From: Macrostomum lignano
Taxonomy: Eukaryota
NCBI GenBank assembly: GCA_002269645.1
Contig: NIVC01001511.1
Span: forward strand, 186,001-250,000
Reading direction: 5' to 3'
DNA length: 64,000 nucleotides
Position numbers and translations under genes: made by a program. The notes below the pieces were generated by a model. It did not search any database and had not been told where the DNA came from. It saw nothing but the letters and a program-made list of their open reading frames with translations. Below are positions 1 through 12,800 of the stretch, in pieces. Within the stretch, counting starts at the first letter, position 1; every line of letters begins with the position of its first letter.

Positions 1-55
1 CACAAGCACGCCAAGACTGCACGCAGGCACCCACTCGTGCACACGCTCACACAGA

Positions 56-445
56 GTGCACAGGGGCGCCAGCACCAGGGGCTTTAGCACCAGGGGCGCC
101 AGCACCAGGGGCTTTAGCACCAGGGGCTTTAGCACCAGATGCTTTAGCACCAGGGGCGCCAGCACCAGAGGCGCCAGCACCAGGGGCGCCAGCACCAGGG
201 GCGCCAGCACCAGGGGCGTCAGCACCAGAGGCGCCAGCACCAGGGGCGCCAGCACTAGGGGCGTCAGCACCAGAGGCGCCAGCACCAGGGGCGTCAGCAC
301 CAGAGGCGCCAGCACCAGGGGCGCCAGCACTAGGGGCGTCAGCACCAGAAGCGCCAGCACCAGGGGCGTCAGCACCAGAGGCGCCAGCACCAGAGGCGCC
401 AGCACCAAGGGTGCCATCACCTGGGGCGCCAGCACCAGAAAAACT
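56..445. repeat. 15-bp minisatellite (CAGCACCAGGGGCGC)n, intronic
   Basis: Directly visible tandem unit; explains the GAPGA/STRGA ORFs on both strands. Confidence 0.95.
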
Positions 446-537
446 TGTGAACCAGCGCAGGATCAGAACAGCGCAAAATTCAGTGCTACTGAAAACTCGC
501 AAGTTTCGAGTTCAGGATCGCGGCCGACAGCTCATAC

Positions 538-927
538 CTGGCGAGCGGATGGCTCAGACGATTCTCTGATCACCGCGGCAGGCAGGGTGGCTTCATCCAG
601 ATCGTAGCCGATGCCCTGAGCCATGCGGCGCAGGTCTCGGTAGTCGCTGCTCACGTAGCAGGTGCCCAACTCGTGCGGCAGCGGGTCCGCCTCCGAGACC
701 TTCAGCGTGACGGAGCGCCCGCCGACCCGGCCGGAGGACTCCAGCACGAGGAGATTCTTGAAGCCCAGACTGCGGAGCAGGTAGGCCATATGCATCCCGG
801 CTGGGCCGGCGCCCACAATGGCCACCCTCGAAGACCGGCTGGGCCGCTCGGCAGCTGTCGGCAGGCAGGCGGCGTCATGGTTGCTAAGCAACTGCAGCAG
901 CAACAGCAGCAGCAGTGATGATGTCAT
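538..927 (-). CDS. First coding exon of a secreted FAD-dependent oxidoreductase (flavin amine oxidase superfamily); gene continues off the left edge
   Basis: Hydrophobic N-terminal signal-like stretch; Rossmann motif VAIVGAGPAG followed by LE-x4-VGGR; phase-0 donor CAG|GTATGAG at 538/537. Confidence 0.8.
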
Positions 928-1759
928 GCTTTATCACTCGCCTTATAGTCTCTAAATCAGCTGTTAGGAATAATTAGTTTAAATGAGTACAATTAGCAGG
1001 CTAGCAAGCGCAAAACTCTGCTGTGAGAAAAGACTTAATAAGGGCCTATAAGTCGAGGCTCTTATCGGAAACCCCCCCACCCCCTAATGCAGCAGCTCAA
1101 TGGGCCGGCCCCTGCCATGTGTTATTGTTCCATTGTTTGAAGGCAAAATAATTTGTGACAGGAGTTGGCGATTATTTATGACTGATAATAAAATACTCAC
1201 GATTCCAGAGTTCGACCGGATTGCCCCCCATGCGGGATTGCGTGCGCACTACTTGAAATTAATTCTGTCACTTTTTGCCAGGCGTTGTTGCTATTTATAG
1301 CTTTAGTTGACGTTTTACCGGCCCGCGAGATATGGCATGAGTTCGTGGAGGATCGCGGCAAAATTTGAAGTGCCATGCACTTGAGAAAAAAACTATTATG
1401 GCCGAGATTTGAAAAGCTGCACGAAATTATTCCACGGCTGATTGAACTGCTCGAAATCTGCGCAATTTTACCAGCAGGGATCGACTTTCGAAAAGCCAAT
1501 GAAATAACAAATTAATCGATTTAAATGATTTAATCGATCGATTTTTATCGATTTTTATCGATTTTCATTGAATTTATCAATTTTCATCGAATTTATCTAT
1601 TTTTTCGGACCTTTGAGATTTTTTCTCAGTTTTATCGATTCTTATCGATTTTTATTGACTTTCATCGATTTTATCGATTTTATTGAGCATATTCTTTAGC
1701 AGTTGCTAATCGGAGTCCAGATTCTGGGTTAGTTCGATGTGTTTTGTAATTTTTTTGCT

Positions 1760-2059
1760 AATGTAATTGCAAGACACGCACACGACTGCCCCTGAGCAGG
1801 CACACAAGCGCCCGGATACGTACGCAGTCATACGCAGGCACACACTCACACAGGAGTGTACAGCGGCCCTAACTTTATTTACCGATAGACATGTACACTT
1901 CACTGTGATTTGGGGGTTGGCCTTCAAGGCCGTTAATTGCGCAAGCAGAGCCAAGCCAAGACTCCGATTTAGCCCCAAATTAATGTGACTGCACTGGGAA
2001 TCGATCCTGGGCCGCTGGCACACCAGAACGCCGCTCTACTAGATCGCTGGGCTATGCCC
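1760..2059 (-). mobile_element. Probable tRNA-derived SINE (degenerate)
   Basis: Minus strand starts GGGCATAGCCCAG..GTAGAGCG (A-box-like) with GGATCGATTCCC (B-box-like) at ~1996-2007; 3' boundary approximate. Confidence 0.4.
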
Positions 2060-2452
2060 CCATAAAAGTGCAATTACCCCGCCCTAACTTAGCTGGGATT
2101 GACGTAAACACAAAAGCGATTAGCATCTAAATTTAGTTTGAAAGAATCTGAAATCAGATCCTCTCATGCAGCTCATGAAACTCAATGCCAATACAAAGGA
2201 ATATTTTTCTTGGATAAAAGAAACATCCAGGCCAGGCATTGTGAGCTCACGCAAGTCTCCGCCTGACTGCTTCGGGCCAGGGCTGAGAGGGCCGAGTGGA
2301 GGGGAAGTCAGCCAAGCGTGCGCCTGCTGGCGACTCGAGCCTGACAGGGCAGAAGTTCGCGGGCTCGTCTGTCGCTGAACGGCACCGAATCCCAAGGGTG
2401 CAGAGAAAATTTGAATTTTAATACCATGAGACGCGTCCTTTTCAGCCTCAGT

Positions 2453-2585
<133 letters not shown>

Positions 2586-3423
2586 CATCGATCTTCCCCT
2601 CTTTCCTTTCTGTGTCCCACTGCAAATCTCTGGTGAATTTTCGACAAAAGAGCTCAAATATAAATAGACGCAATGAAAGGCCTAAAAAACGCAATGATAA
2701 TTAGCAGGAGTCGAATTCCATTTTTGGCCTTCTACTAGCTTGTATTTCTGAAAAAAATCCGACTTTCTGAAAGGGGTGGTCGAATATCTGAATGCCTTAC
2801 AAGCACATGAACTGTAAGTCTTAGGATTAGATATTGGGAAATTTATGTGTCCACAGAGTACTGAAATCTACCCATCTCGCAAATGCATTCAGGCAGGGAA
2901 ACTCGGCCTGAAACAAAACAGAGTAAGGAGTCCTTGTACTTGAGTTGTCCATCAGTGAGTATATTGCACCCATGCAGCCAAATTACTTTTGCAGCGCATA
3001 AGCTGTCAAAATGACAAAACAAATATTTTCAAATCCATCGTCTTCCCACATATCAGCAGCTTTGCGCGCCTGAGGCTGCAGCGAATTATGAGAAGAACTG
3101 AACTCAAAATTTTTCGTTTGATTTTTCCCTCCTTTGCCCGGGTCTCCGCGTACAGCCCGAAGGAATTGCCAAGGCGCCCGAGACTGAGGCTGCAACTCGA
3201 TCAAGGCGGGGCCCGTCGCCCACGCCTCTGTCTGGGGAGAGGAAATTGAAATTCAAAAAAAGAAAAAACATGACACCGCTCGAACTGGGTGGCCGGGGCG
3301 CGTGTTCCTTGATGAGGAGAACAAGGGAGGATGGGGCGTTGACGCTGGTTGCTAATTAAACAGCCAGCATCTCTGACTCGGGGGCGGAAGCCATATCATA
3401 CTGGCGCATTTTGAGTCAATTTT

Positions 3424-3800
3424 GTCGTTGACTAGATTAGCAATCCATCTCATTCTTTCCTGTTGACTAGATTAGCAATCCATTTCCTACTTTCCTGTTG
3501 ACTAGATTATCAATCCATTTCCTACTTTCCTGTTGACTAGATTAGCAATCCATTTCCTACTTTCCTGTTGACTAGATTAGCAATCCATTTCCTACTTTCC
3601 TGTTGACTAGATTATCAATCCATTTCATAATTTCCTGTTGACTAGATTAGCAATCCATTTCATAATTTCCTGTTGACTAGATTAGCAATCCATTTCCTAC
3701 TTTCCTGTTGACTAGATTAGCAATCCATTTCATACTTTCTTGTTGAATATATAGATTCTTGTTGAATTTCATACATTCTTGTTGACTAGATTAGCAATCC
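3424..3800. repeat. 35-bp minisatellite TGTTGACTAGATTAGCAATCCATTTCCTACTTTCC
   Basis: Unit starts recur at 3461, 3496, 3531, 3566, 3601. Confidence 0.93.
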
Positions 3801-5858
3801 ATCCTGCATCTTTATACTCTGGCAGAAATTGAGACAGAGAAAGCAGAAGCGAAGAACAACAATACGAGTATAAGCACATGCATAAGCAGAAATGGCATGC
3901 AAATGTAGATTGTCTCAGAAAGTGTTCAGACAGGCCAGCCGTGAGCACCTCTGAGATCTCAGCAGCGCCGGCAGGAGCTGTAGATCACCAGGAGGCAATA
4001 AATTAGAGGGGTCGGCCTTGTAGGGACGGGGAATTTAATCAGTCCTGGGTCTGCTATGGATTTTGTACATGCGAGCTCACGCGGGGCGTCCCAGAGGCTG
4101 GCTGATATATAATTACCTCAATAGCCATAAAACACGATTTCCAGTCTTTACAAGGCCGCCGATTCTTGTTTTTCCATCGATAAATAAAATTCCGCACTGA
4201 CTACTTGCAACTGAGACTGGCAAAAAATTAATTAATTTGATAACTATGCGAGACAGACTGCACGTTTCTTTTGGCTCAAAGGTTGTTGGAAAAATTTATT
4301 GCAGAAAACCGCTGCATGGGAATTGCATATAGGACTCGCCATCTTCATTGGCTCCTGGTTTGGCAGTCCTGCGCCTTGATCATCAGTATATTAAACTCTC
4401 TAGCCCTTTCGACGATTTATAATTTCGAGCTTGTAACAGCTAACCCTTTTTCGACTCACCGATATGTTACGTTAAACAATTTTTAAGGCAGTTTTTTCCA
4501 CGAAGAAACGCATGCACTTTTGCGAGTGTTTCTTGAAAACAGAAACCTGCATCATTACGCTCGTAACAGGAAGCAGCACCTGGATCAGTTGGCGTGAATC
4601 AAAAGCTTCTGCGGCATTGCAGGAAATCTAAGGAATTTGCTTGGCTTCCAGAATGCACAAGTTAATTAACGCTGGCCCCGATCGTGCAGCCCTTTTCACA
4701 ATAGCATGTAGCGGAAGTACTCGAAATTCAACAATTTCTGCAAACACGTCCAGCTCACTAATTAAATCCCAGCTACTCACTTGTCTGTTTTCAATCGATC
4801 CGAAGGGATCTATTTCCTTGCTTTGTTTGCTTCTAGGGGTCAGTTTCCGATATGTATAATAAACATCATTTGTTTGAAAACAGGAAAGCTGGTGGCTTTG
4901 CCGACATGTTGAGTAAATAACTTTCTTGCCAGTTATAGTGAGTCTGTAGGTTTGCCGATATGTTGAGCAAATAACTTCTCAGACTGGTTAATACTAAATA
5001 TTAGACAGGTACCTCCTGATGTCGAAGAATTTCAAGAACGCATCCGAATCTCTCACCAAAGCTCCCGGGTTCGAATCCAGGGTTTAAGGACCAGAAATTA
5101 GAGTGCAGACGCACTCTCCTGTCTAGGCGAGTTCTGTCGTCAACCCCTAAAAGCCGCTGCAATCTGTTAATTAACTAATGGCATTGAACAAGTCAGTGGG
5201 CAGCCCAGAGTCCTCAGCCTTGTCACATCGCGGGCACAAAAGCTACACAAATATGGATGCTTCATTTTCCAATTTCTTTAATAAAGGCTTAAAATAATTA
5301 ACAGAATGCCCAAGAGTCAAGATTATTCATTTGCAGATAACTACATGTAAGTAAAGTTAGGTAAGTTAATTTAATCATACCTGTATCAATGTGGACACAA
5401 TACCAGAGTATATGCAAGCAGCGAATATTACAAATGTGATGCGTTGAAAAGCCTGCAAAACGACCAGTGAACTCCATTTACAAGAAAATGCATTGTGCAT
5501 TATAAAACACACAGGGACATACTAAGGACATGCACAAATGCACTGCAATTATATGAAAAATAGGAATTGTTCCAAACTACTCTACTAGTATAAGTAGCAA
5601 TCAAAGCGTTCAATGTTAAAACGCACAGAATAAAGAAACAAATGAATTGAACAGTTTGGAAACGCAGAATAAAGTATAAAAACTTCATTGAAATACGAGT
5701 AATTTAGGCAACATATCGTCAATTTATGACTTACAAAGTTACTAACGAAACTTATCGTTAAATTATTACTTACAAAGTTGTTAACGCAACATATCGTCGG
5801 TTTATGTCTTACAAAGTTATTTACGCAACATATCGTCCAGCTACAGACCAAGCAAAAA

Positions 5859-6578
5859 TTACAGAAGCTCATCAACATTATTGCTTTCAGAGTGAATATC
5901 ATTAATAGAAGAAACTGTCCCGGCTTCCTTCTCCAACTCAGCCTGCTCAGTGCAGTCATTCTGCAGCTCCTCCTCCTCCTTTACCGCCAGCTCATTCTCC
6001 AGGTCGGCGTCAACGCCAGCCAGCGGAGGCGGCGGCGGAGCCGGAGTGACGGCGGCGGCCCCAGCCTCGTCTTCATCCGCTGCGTCATCGATGCCTCTTT
6101 CAACATCGTCGTCAGCATCGTCAGCAGCGGCGGCATCCGCCTCGCTGCCGTTCTGACGCTCAGCAACATCCACTTCCTCCAGCTTCGGCAGTTTCACGTC
6201 CAAAGACGAGTCCTCCTCATCGACATCGTCAACATCGTCGGTGTTGTTGACGCTGTCATCGACCCCTCGTTTCAACGACTGCGGCGGCGACTTCAAGCTG
6301 GCCGGTTGACGGGGCGGCAGCAGCTGCGAGCGCTTTATCTGCGCCTTGATCTGGTGCACGGATTTCGTTCGCAGAGTCTCGGCAATGCGGGCCAAGTCGG
6401 TGTGGCCGTGCCGGGCCACGCAGTCGCGCAGCATCTGCAGCTCGGCGCTGGTCCACTTCAGCCGGCCGCTGCTGTCCTCGGCGGTCTGCAGGGCCAGCGT
6501 CGTCTGCTCGGCAAGGCGGCTGAATGCGGCGCCGGCGAACAGAAACAGCTCGGAGACTGCGGCCGCGCCGGAGGTCAT
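5859..6578 (-). CDS. BAP18: BAP18 / C17orf49 homologue (SANT/Myb-like chromatin complex subunit), single coding exon, acidic C-terminal tail
   Basis: MTSGAAAVSELFLFAGAAFSRLAE...KWTSAELQMLRDCV...KSVHQIKAQIKR matches the recalled BAP18 pattern MTSASTKVGEIFSAAGAAFTKLGE...KWTETEIEMLRAAV...RTVAQIKATVKR. Confidence 0.85.
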   Translation of the reverse strand: MTSGAAAVSELFLFAGAAFSRLAEQTTLALQTAEDSSGRLKWTSAELQMLRDCVARHGHTDLARIAETLRTKSVHQIKAQIKRSQLLPPRQPASLKSPPQSLKRGVDDSVNNTDDVDDVDEEDSSLDVKLPKLEEVDVAERQNGSEADAAAADDADDDVERGIDDAADEDEAGAAAVTPAPPPPPLAGVDADLENELAVKEEEELQNDCTEQAELEKEAGTVSSINDIHSESNNVDELL

Positions 6579-6699
6579 GATGGCGGATGACGGGGCTTGA
6601 TGGAGCGAATAGGGGGATGCTGGGCACTAACTGGATCAGCTGCCGCTGAAACAGGCGGGTTCAGGATGGACAAGTAAGGATGAATACTTGCTATGCTTC

Positions 6700-7075
6700 T
6701 ACTACTACTGCTACTACTGCTACTACTGATACTACTACTACTACTGATACTACTACTACTACTATTATACTACTACTACTATTACTGATACTACTACTAT
6801 TACTATTATACTACTACTACTACTATTACTATTATACTACTACTACTACTACTGATACTACTACTACTACTGATACTACTACTACTACTATTATACTACT
6901 ACTACTACTACTGATACTACTACTACTACTATTATACTACTACTACTACTACTGATACTACTACTATTACTATTATACTACTACTACTACTACTGATACT
7001 ACTACTATTACTATTATACTACTACTACTACTACTGATACTACTACTATTACTATTATACTACTACTACTCCTAC
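6700..7075. repeat. (TAC)n trinucleotide microsatellite with variants
   Basis: Directly visible. Confidence 0.95.
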
Positions 7076-8629
7076 CATGAAGTAGACTTTTCCATTAAAA
7101 TCAGCACCAACTCTAGAAATGAAGCTCTGTGGACATAATAATTGCTTTAAAACTCTCTACTTGATTGTCTTTTTAACCAGAGAGAAGATTCTTGAACAGC
7201 TTGGCTTGGCTTGCATTCTTGCAATTTGCGTGGTCGGTCTTTTCCTATTGAATGCATTGAGAGTGGCCTTCTAGGGAATATAAAATCTATGCTACTAACA
7301 CTATGAGTACTGAAAAAATATACTACTTATGCTACTGTATACTAGCTTACTACAGCACCATAAAGGAGAAAATCAGGGGTAAAGCAGAATACCGCAGGTG
7401 AAGAGGAGACAATTATATTTATACAATTAGCAAATATGTATTCATGGCATCAGCTTTTGTCTTGCACAGAAGTTTTTCAGTCAAATTCTTAAAAAATAGA
7501 GAATAGAGATAAGCTACTTTGAGTAATAATAAATGAAAACTTTCTAATTAAAACAGGAAAATACAGCGGAAAAGTTGGGACGGAAATTACTAAATATAAT
7601 TATTTAAAAAGCTTTGGAATGAGCATTAAATTAAGAATATTTTTGCGATAAACTATTCACTGCCAATACACAGCGCATTGCAGAACCAGTCTGCCCCTAC
7701 AGTTCAAACAAATTTTTATCAAACAATTTGATACTACTTGTTAGTTAGTAGTATGGGCTTATGCTCATTGCAGCAATATAAAAATAACTAGATGTACTTT
7801 TATTATTAAGGCAAATATCGAGTAACTACAAGTTGTTGAATAAGAAAATACAAAAAATGAAGCAAACAGAACAGCTAACAATTTCGCTAGTGACTACTCG
7901 AACTGGTCGTGCAGTAGATAGTGGCGAAAATATGCAGGAAAATAAAATAAAACTGCTAATATTGTTACACCAAAATTCAATGTTCAAGTCGTATCAAGGA
8001 CGGAATAAAAATCTGCAAATTAGTGAGATGATTATCAATTGGTCAGACCAATCTAGCAATGATCAGTTATCGACCTATTTTCATACCAAATTATTATTTA
8101 TGACTACAATAGATTTGCAAAGCAATAAACCAAGCAATCAGTCAGTCGCTAAGGCATCCTGTTCATTCCTGCTGACTGTGCCGGGCACCTGACGGACTGT
8201 AGGGTCGCTGCTGCCGTGGTGTTGGCGAAGCGTTGCTGCAAATATATGAAAATAAAATTAATATATTAAACAAACTGTAATTCTGCCGTTGAACAGACTG
8301 TAAAAGCACAGATATGCAGACAATAAATGAGGATGTTGTCTAGCTACATAGACTGTGTCATCATATTGTGACGGGATTTTAGATTACAAACACAAAAAAT
8401 ATAAAATGTGATTTGAACAAAGAGTGAATGACGATTCAAAATTTAATAAAGACTGACGTGAACAACAGCCACCAAGATCCACCAAGCAGCTTAAATCCTT
8501 GAGGTTGTACGGGCGTAAAGGGGCCCGTATATCACAACTAAAATATCAAACACTAGATACCGATATTCTAGAGTATGGTCTCAAATTTAGATGCCAAACA
8601 TCACGTGGTTATTCCTTGATCTCATACCC

Positions 8630-9410
8630 AGATCCTAGATCCCAGATCCCAGATCCTAGATCCCAGATCTCAGATCCTAGATCCTAGATCCTAGATCCCA
8701 GATCCCAGATCCCAAATCCCAGATCCCAGATCCTAGATCCTAGATCCTAGATCCAATATCCTAGATCCCAGATCCTAGATCCCAGATCCTAGATCCCAGA
8801 TCCTAGATCCCAGATCCCAGATCCTAGATCCTAGATCCCAGATCCCATATCCCAGATCCTAGATCCCAGATCCTAGATCCTAGATCCCAGATCCCAGATC
8901 CTAGATCCAATATCCTAGATCCCAGATCCTATATCCTAGATCCCAGATCCTAGATCCCAGATCCTAGATCCCAGATCCTAGATCCCAGATCCTAGATCCC
9001 AGATCCCAGATCCTATATCCTAGATCCCAGATCCTATATCCCAGATCCCATATCCCAGATCCTAGATCCCAGATCCTAGATCCTAGATCCTAGATCCCAG
9101 ATCCTAGATCCAATATCCTAGATCCCAGATCCTATATCCTAGATCCCAGATCCTAGATCCCAGATCCTAGATCTCAGATCCTAGATCCCAGATCCTAGAT
9201 CCCAGATCCTAGATTCCAGATCCTAGATCCCAGATCATAGATCCCAGATCCTAGATCCCAGATCCTAGATCCCAGATCCTAGATCCCAGATCCTAGATCT
9301 CAGATCCTAGATCCCAGATCATAGATCCCAGATCCTAGATCCCAGATCCTAGATCCCAGATCCTAGATCTCAGATCCTAGATCCCAGATCCTTAGATTCT
9401 AGATCCCAAA
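8630..9410. repeat. 7-bp tandem repeat (AGATCCT/AGATCCC)n
   Basis: Directly visible. Confidence 0.95.
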
Positions 9411-9564
9411 TCCTAGGTTCCAGATCTGAGACACATTTTGCACAGCGACATCGACAGTGACAATGGCACGGTGACTCAGCAGCACAAGGAATTGAACTAC
9501 AATAAAATATACCTTTAGAAAGCGGCTCATCGGAAAACCTACAAGAGCTCTAGATAGCAGAGTC

Positions 9565-9814
9565 TCAATTGGAGCCTAACCGAGACTGCCCCTGAGCAGT
9601 TCGACGCCTGTGAGAAGTGACGGTGGAGGTGGTGTAGCTGCTTAAGACGCGACTGCCGCCTCCACCGACAACTCCTGCGTCAGACTGATGGTGCTGGTGA
9701 TGCTGATGATGATGCAGCAGTTTGCTGCTTCTCGACGTTGGTGACATTTGTTGATGCTGGTGCTGATGGATGCTGCTTGATGGAGAAGCTAAAGCATCCA
9801 CTGCGGTCACATCC
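9565..9814 (-). CDS. CEP135: CEP135 terminal exon 13 (His/Gln/Ser-rich tail)
   Basis: AAACAG|G acceptor in phase 2, open to TGA at 9567-9565; no conserved motif recognised. Confidence 0.65.
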
Positions 9815-12800
9815 CTGTTTATTGGTTTATTGTTTAGGGGAATCGATGGGGACTGGGTGTCTGGCTAGAGATAGGCGATTAGTAATAGTAAAAAACTGTG
9901 CCTGGCCACAGACTATTTAGAGTCAATTATTGCCTGGCCATAGATAATTTAGAGTCAGTTAGTGCCTGGCCATAGATAATTTAGAGTCAATTAGTGCCTG
10001 GCTATAGATAATTTAGAGTCAGTGCCTGGCCATAGATAATTTAGAGTCAATTAGTGCCTGGCTATAGATAATTTAGAGTCAGTGCCTGGCCATAGATTAT
10101 TTAGAGTCAATTAGTGCCTGGCTATAGATAATTTAGAGTCAGTTAGTGCCTGACCATAGACTATTTATAGTTAATTAGTGCCCGGCCATAGATTATTTAG
10201 AGTCAATTAGTGCCTGGCCATAGATTATTCAGAGTCAATTAGTGCCTGGCCATAGATTATTCAGAGTAAATATAAAATAGGCCATAGATAATGTGGATCA
10301 CGGATCAGCTCATAAATTAGTTATTAACACTGCTAATATTAACTGGATATATATAAAATTACCTTCGAGAATCGCTTCTGTACAATCCAGCTGAGTTGGC
10401 CGCCTGGGCAGCGCCGTACAGGGCGCCCGTAGATGAAGAAGCTGCTAAGCCGCTCCCGCGGCCTCCGCCACCGCCCGCTCCGCCGCCGCCAGTTCGTCGC
10501 AGCTCGGCGGCCAGACGTTCGCGTTCGAATCTTTCCGAAGCCAGCTGCCTTGTGAGACGTTCGACATCCGATTCTAGCTCGGAGTTGCGCGAGCGGAATC
10601 TGAGAGAGTGAGTTAGTGTGGGACTGGGACTTGGCTGGGGAGATACTATGAAAAACTAAGGATGTCAGATGGAGATTCTCAAGGGGAGTCAGATGGAGAT
10701 TCTCAAGGGGAGTCAGATGGAGATTCTCAAGGGGAGTCAGATGGAGATTCTTAAAGGGAGTCAGATGGAGATTCTTAAAGGATGTCAGATGGAGATTTTT
10801 AAAGGGAGTCAGATGGAGATTCTTAAAGGGAGTCAGAGGGCGATTCTTAAAGGGAGTCAGATGGAGACTCTTAAAGGGAGTCAGATGGAGACTCTTAAAG
10901 GGAGACAGATGGCGATTTTTGAAGGGGTCAGATGGCGATTCCTAAAGGGAGTCAGAGGGCGATTCTGTACAACCGACCTGGCCAGATCCCGCCCCAGCTG
11001 CTCCAGCTTGGTGTCGCTCAGTTCCAGGCGCTCCCGCAGCATGGCCAGCTCGGCTTGCCTCTCCTGCGCCTCCAGCTGAGTCTGGAATTCTTTCTCCCTG
11101 CTAGCGCTGAGCACAGTCTCAAGGCTTTTCTTGGCGTCAGACTCGGCAGCCAGCTGCTCCCTGAGCAGGTCGGCTTCGTGCTGAAGCTCGTCCACCTGTC
11201 CGGCCAGCTGCTCAGTGTCCAGAGCTTTGCTAGTGAGCTGACGCTGCACGCTGTCCTTGCTGGACTCGAGGCGGGCGCAGAGGTCGCGCAGGGCGGCGAG
11301 ATCCTTCATGGTTTCGGCTCGCTCGAGCTCCTGCTGACGGAGCGAGTCTTCCAGGTCCGACACTGAGCGGGTGAGGTTGGACAGCTGAGGGAGGGGGGAG
11401 AAAGAGGGAAAGGATGGGAATTACAGGCTTTAGGTTTTTGAGTAACGTTTCAATGAATTATATTTTCCGAGTCTACAGTCCATGTATTCAATTCTGATTT
11501 TTTTAATTCAGAATCTTGAATCGTACCGTATATCTCAAATCTCGATTTATAAATACTGAATCTTGAATCCCACTTCTAGAATCCCAAATCCTTGATCCTT
11601 AATCCCGTCCCAAATCCTTAATCCTGTATACTTAATCCCGTCCTGAATCCTTAATCTCGACTCCGGAATTTCAAATCTTTAATCCCGAATCCCATCCTTA
11701 ATCTCTAATCACATCCCAAATGCAGAATCCCCAATCAAAATCATAAATCCTAAATCCCCAATTAAGATCCGAATCCTGAATCCCCAATCAAAATCCCAAA
11801 TGCAGAATCCCCAATCAAAATCCCCAATCCTGAACCCCCAATCAAAATCCCCAATCCTGAACCCCCAATCAAAATCCCGAATCCAGAATCCCCAATCAAA
11901 ATCAAAATCCAGAATCCTCAATCAAAATCCCTAATCCTGAATCCCCAATCAAAACCCCAAATTCAGAATCCCCAATCAAAATCCCGAATCCTAAATCCCC
12001 AATCAAAATCCCAAATCCAGAATCCCCAATCAAAATCCCGAATCCTAAATCCCCAATCAAAATCCCAAATTCAGAATCCCCAATCAAAACCCCAAATTCA
12101 GAATCCCCAATCAAAATCCCGAATCCTAAATCCCCAATCAAAATCCCAAATTCAGAATCCCCAATCAAAATCCCGAATCCTAAATCCCCAATCAAAATCC
12201 CAAATCCAGAATCCCCAATCAAAATCCCGAATCCTAAATCCCCAATCAAATCCCGAATCCAGAATCCCCAATCAAAGTCCTGATTCCCTAATCCCCAATC
12301 CTAAATGCCTAATCCCTAATCTCAAAATCTCAGTTTCATAACCCAAATCTTTAATTCAGCCTTCCAAGTCCTTGAAAAATCAGAGTCCCCAAACTTCAAA
12401 TCATACCTGCAGTTCATAAGCTGACGCGGTGTGCCGGCAGTCTCTCAGGTCGGCCTCAGCCTGCTCCAGACGCTCCTTCAACCGTTTGCAGTCGGCCTCC
12501 TTGGCGGCCAGCTCCAGCCGCAGGCTGCTGCCCTCGGACTCGAGCTGGTGGGCGTCGGCCTGGAACCTGTCAGACTCGCTAGACAGCTGGCGGTACTGCT
12601 CCAGCAGGTCTGCCCGCTCCTGCTCCTTCTGGCCGAGCAGCTCCTCGACTCGACGCACCTCGGCCAGGTAGTCCTGCGCCTTGGACTTGAACTGCTCCCG
12701 CTCCTGGGCCGTGTCCTGAATCTCCGACTGCAGGCTGGCGTTTTCGCGGGTCACGACCTGGCGTTGAGGCATTGAGCATAAATGCGTCATATAAAAATGA

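Noticed and set aside
47-607. Collagen/mucin-like ORFs on both strands
   Set aside because: Translation of a 15-bp minisatellite lying downstream of a splice donor
5778-6590. 270-aa plus-strand ORF and other antisense ORFs over CEP135 and pol exons
   Set aside because: Shadow frames of GC-rich coding exons on the opposite strand
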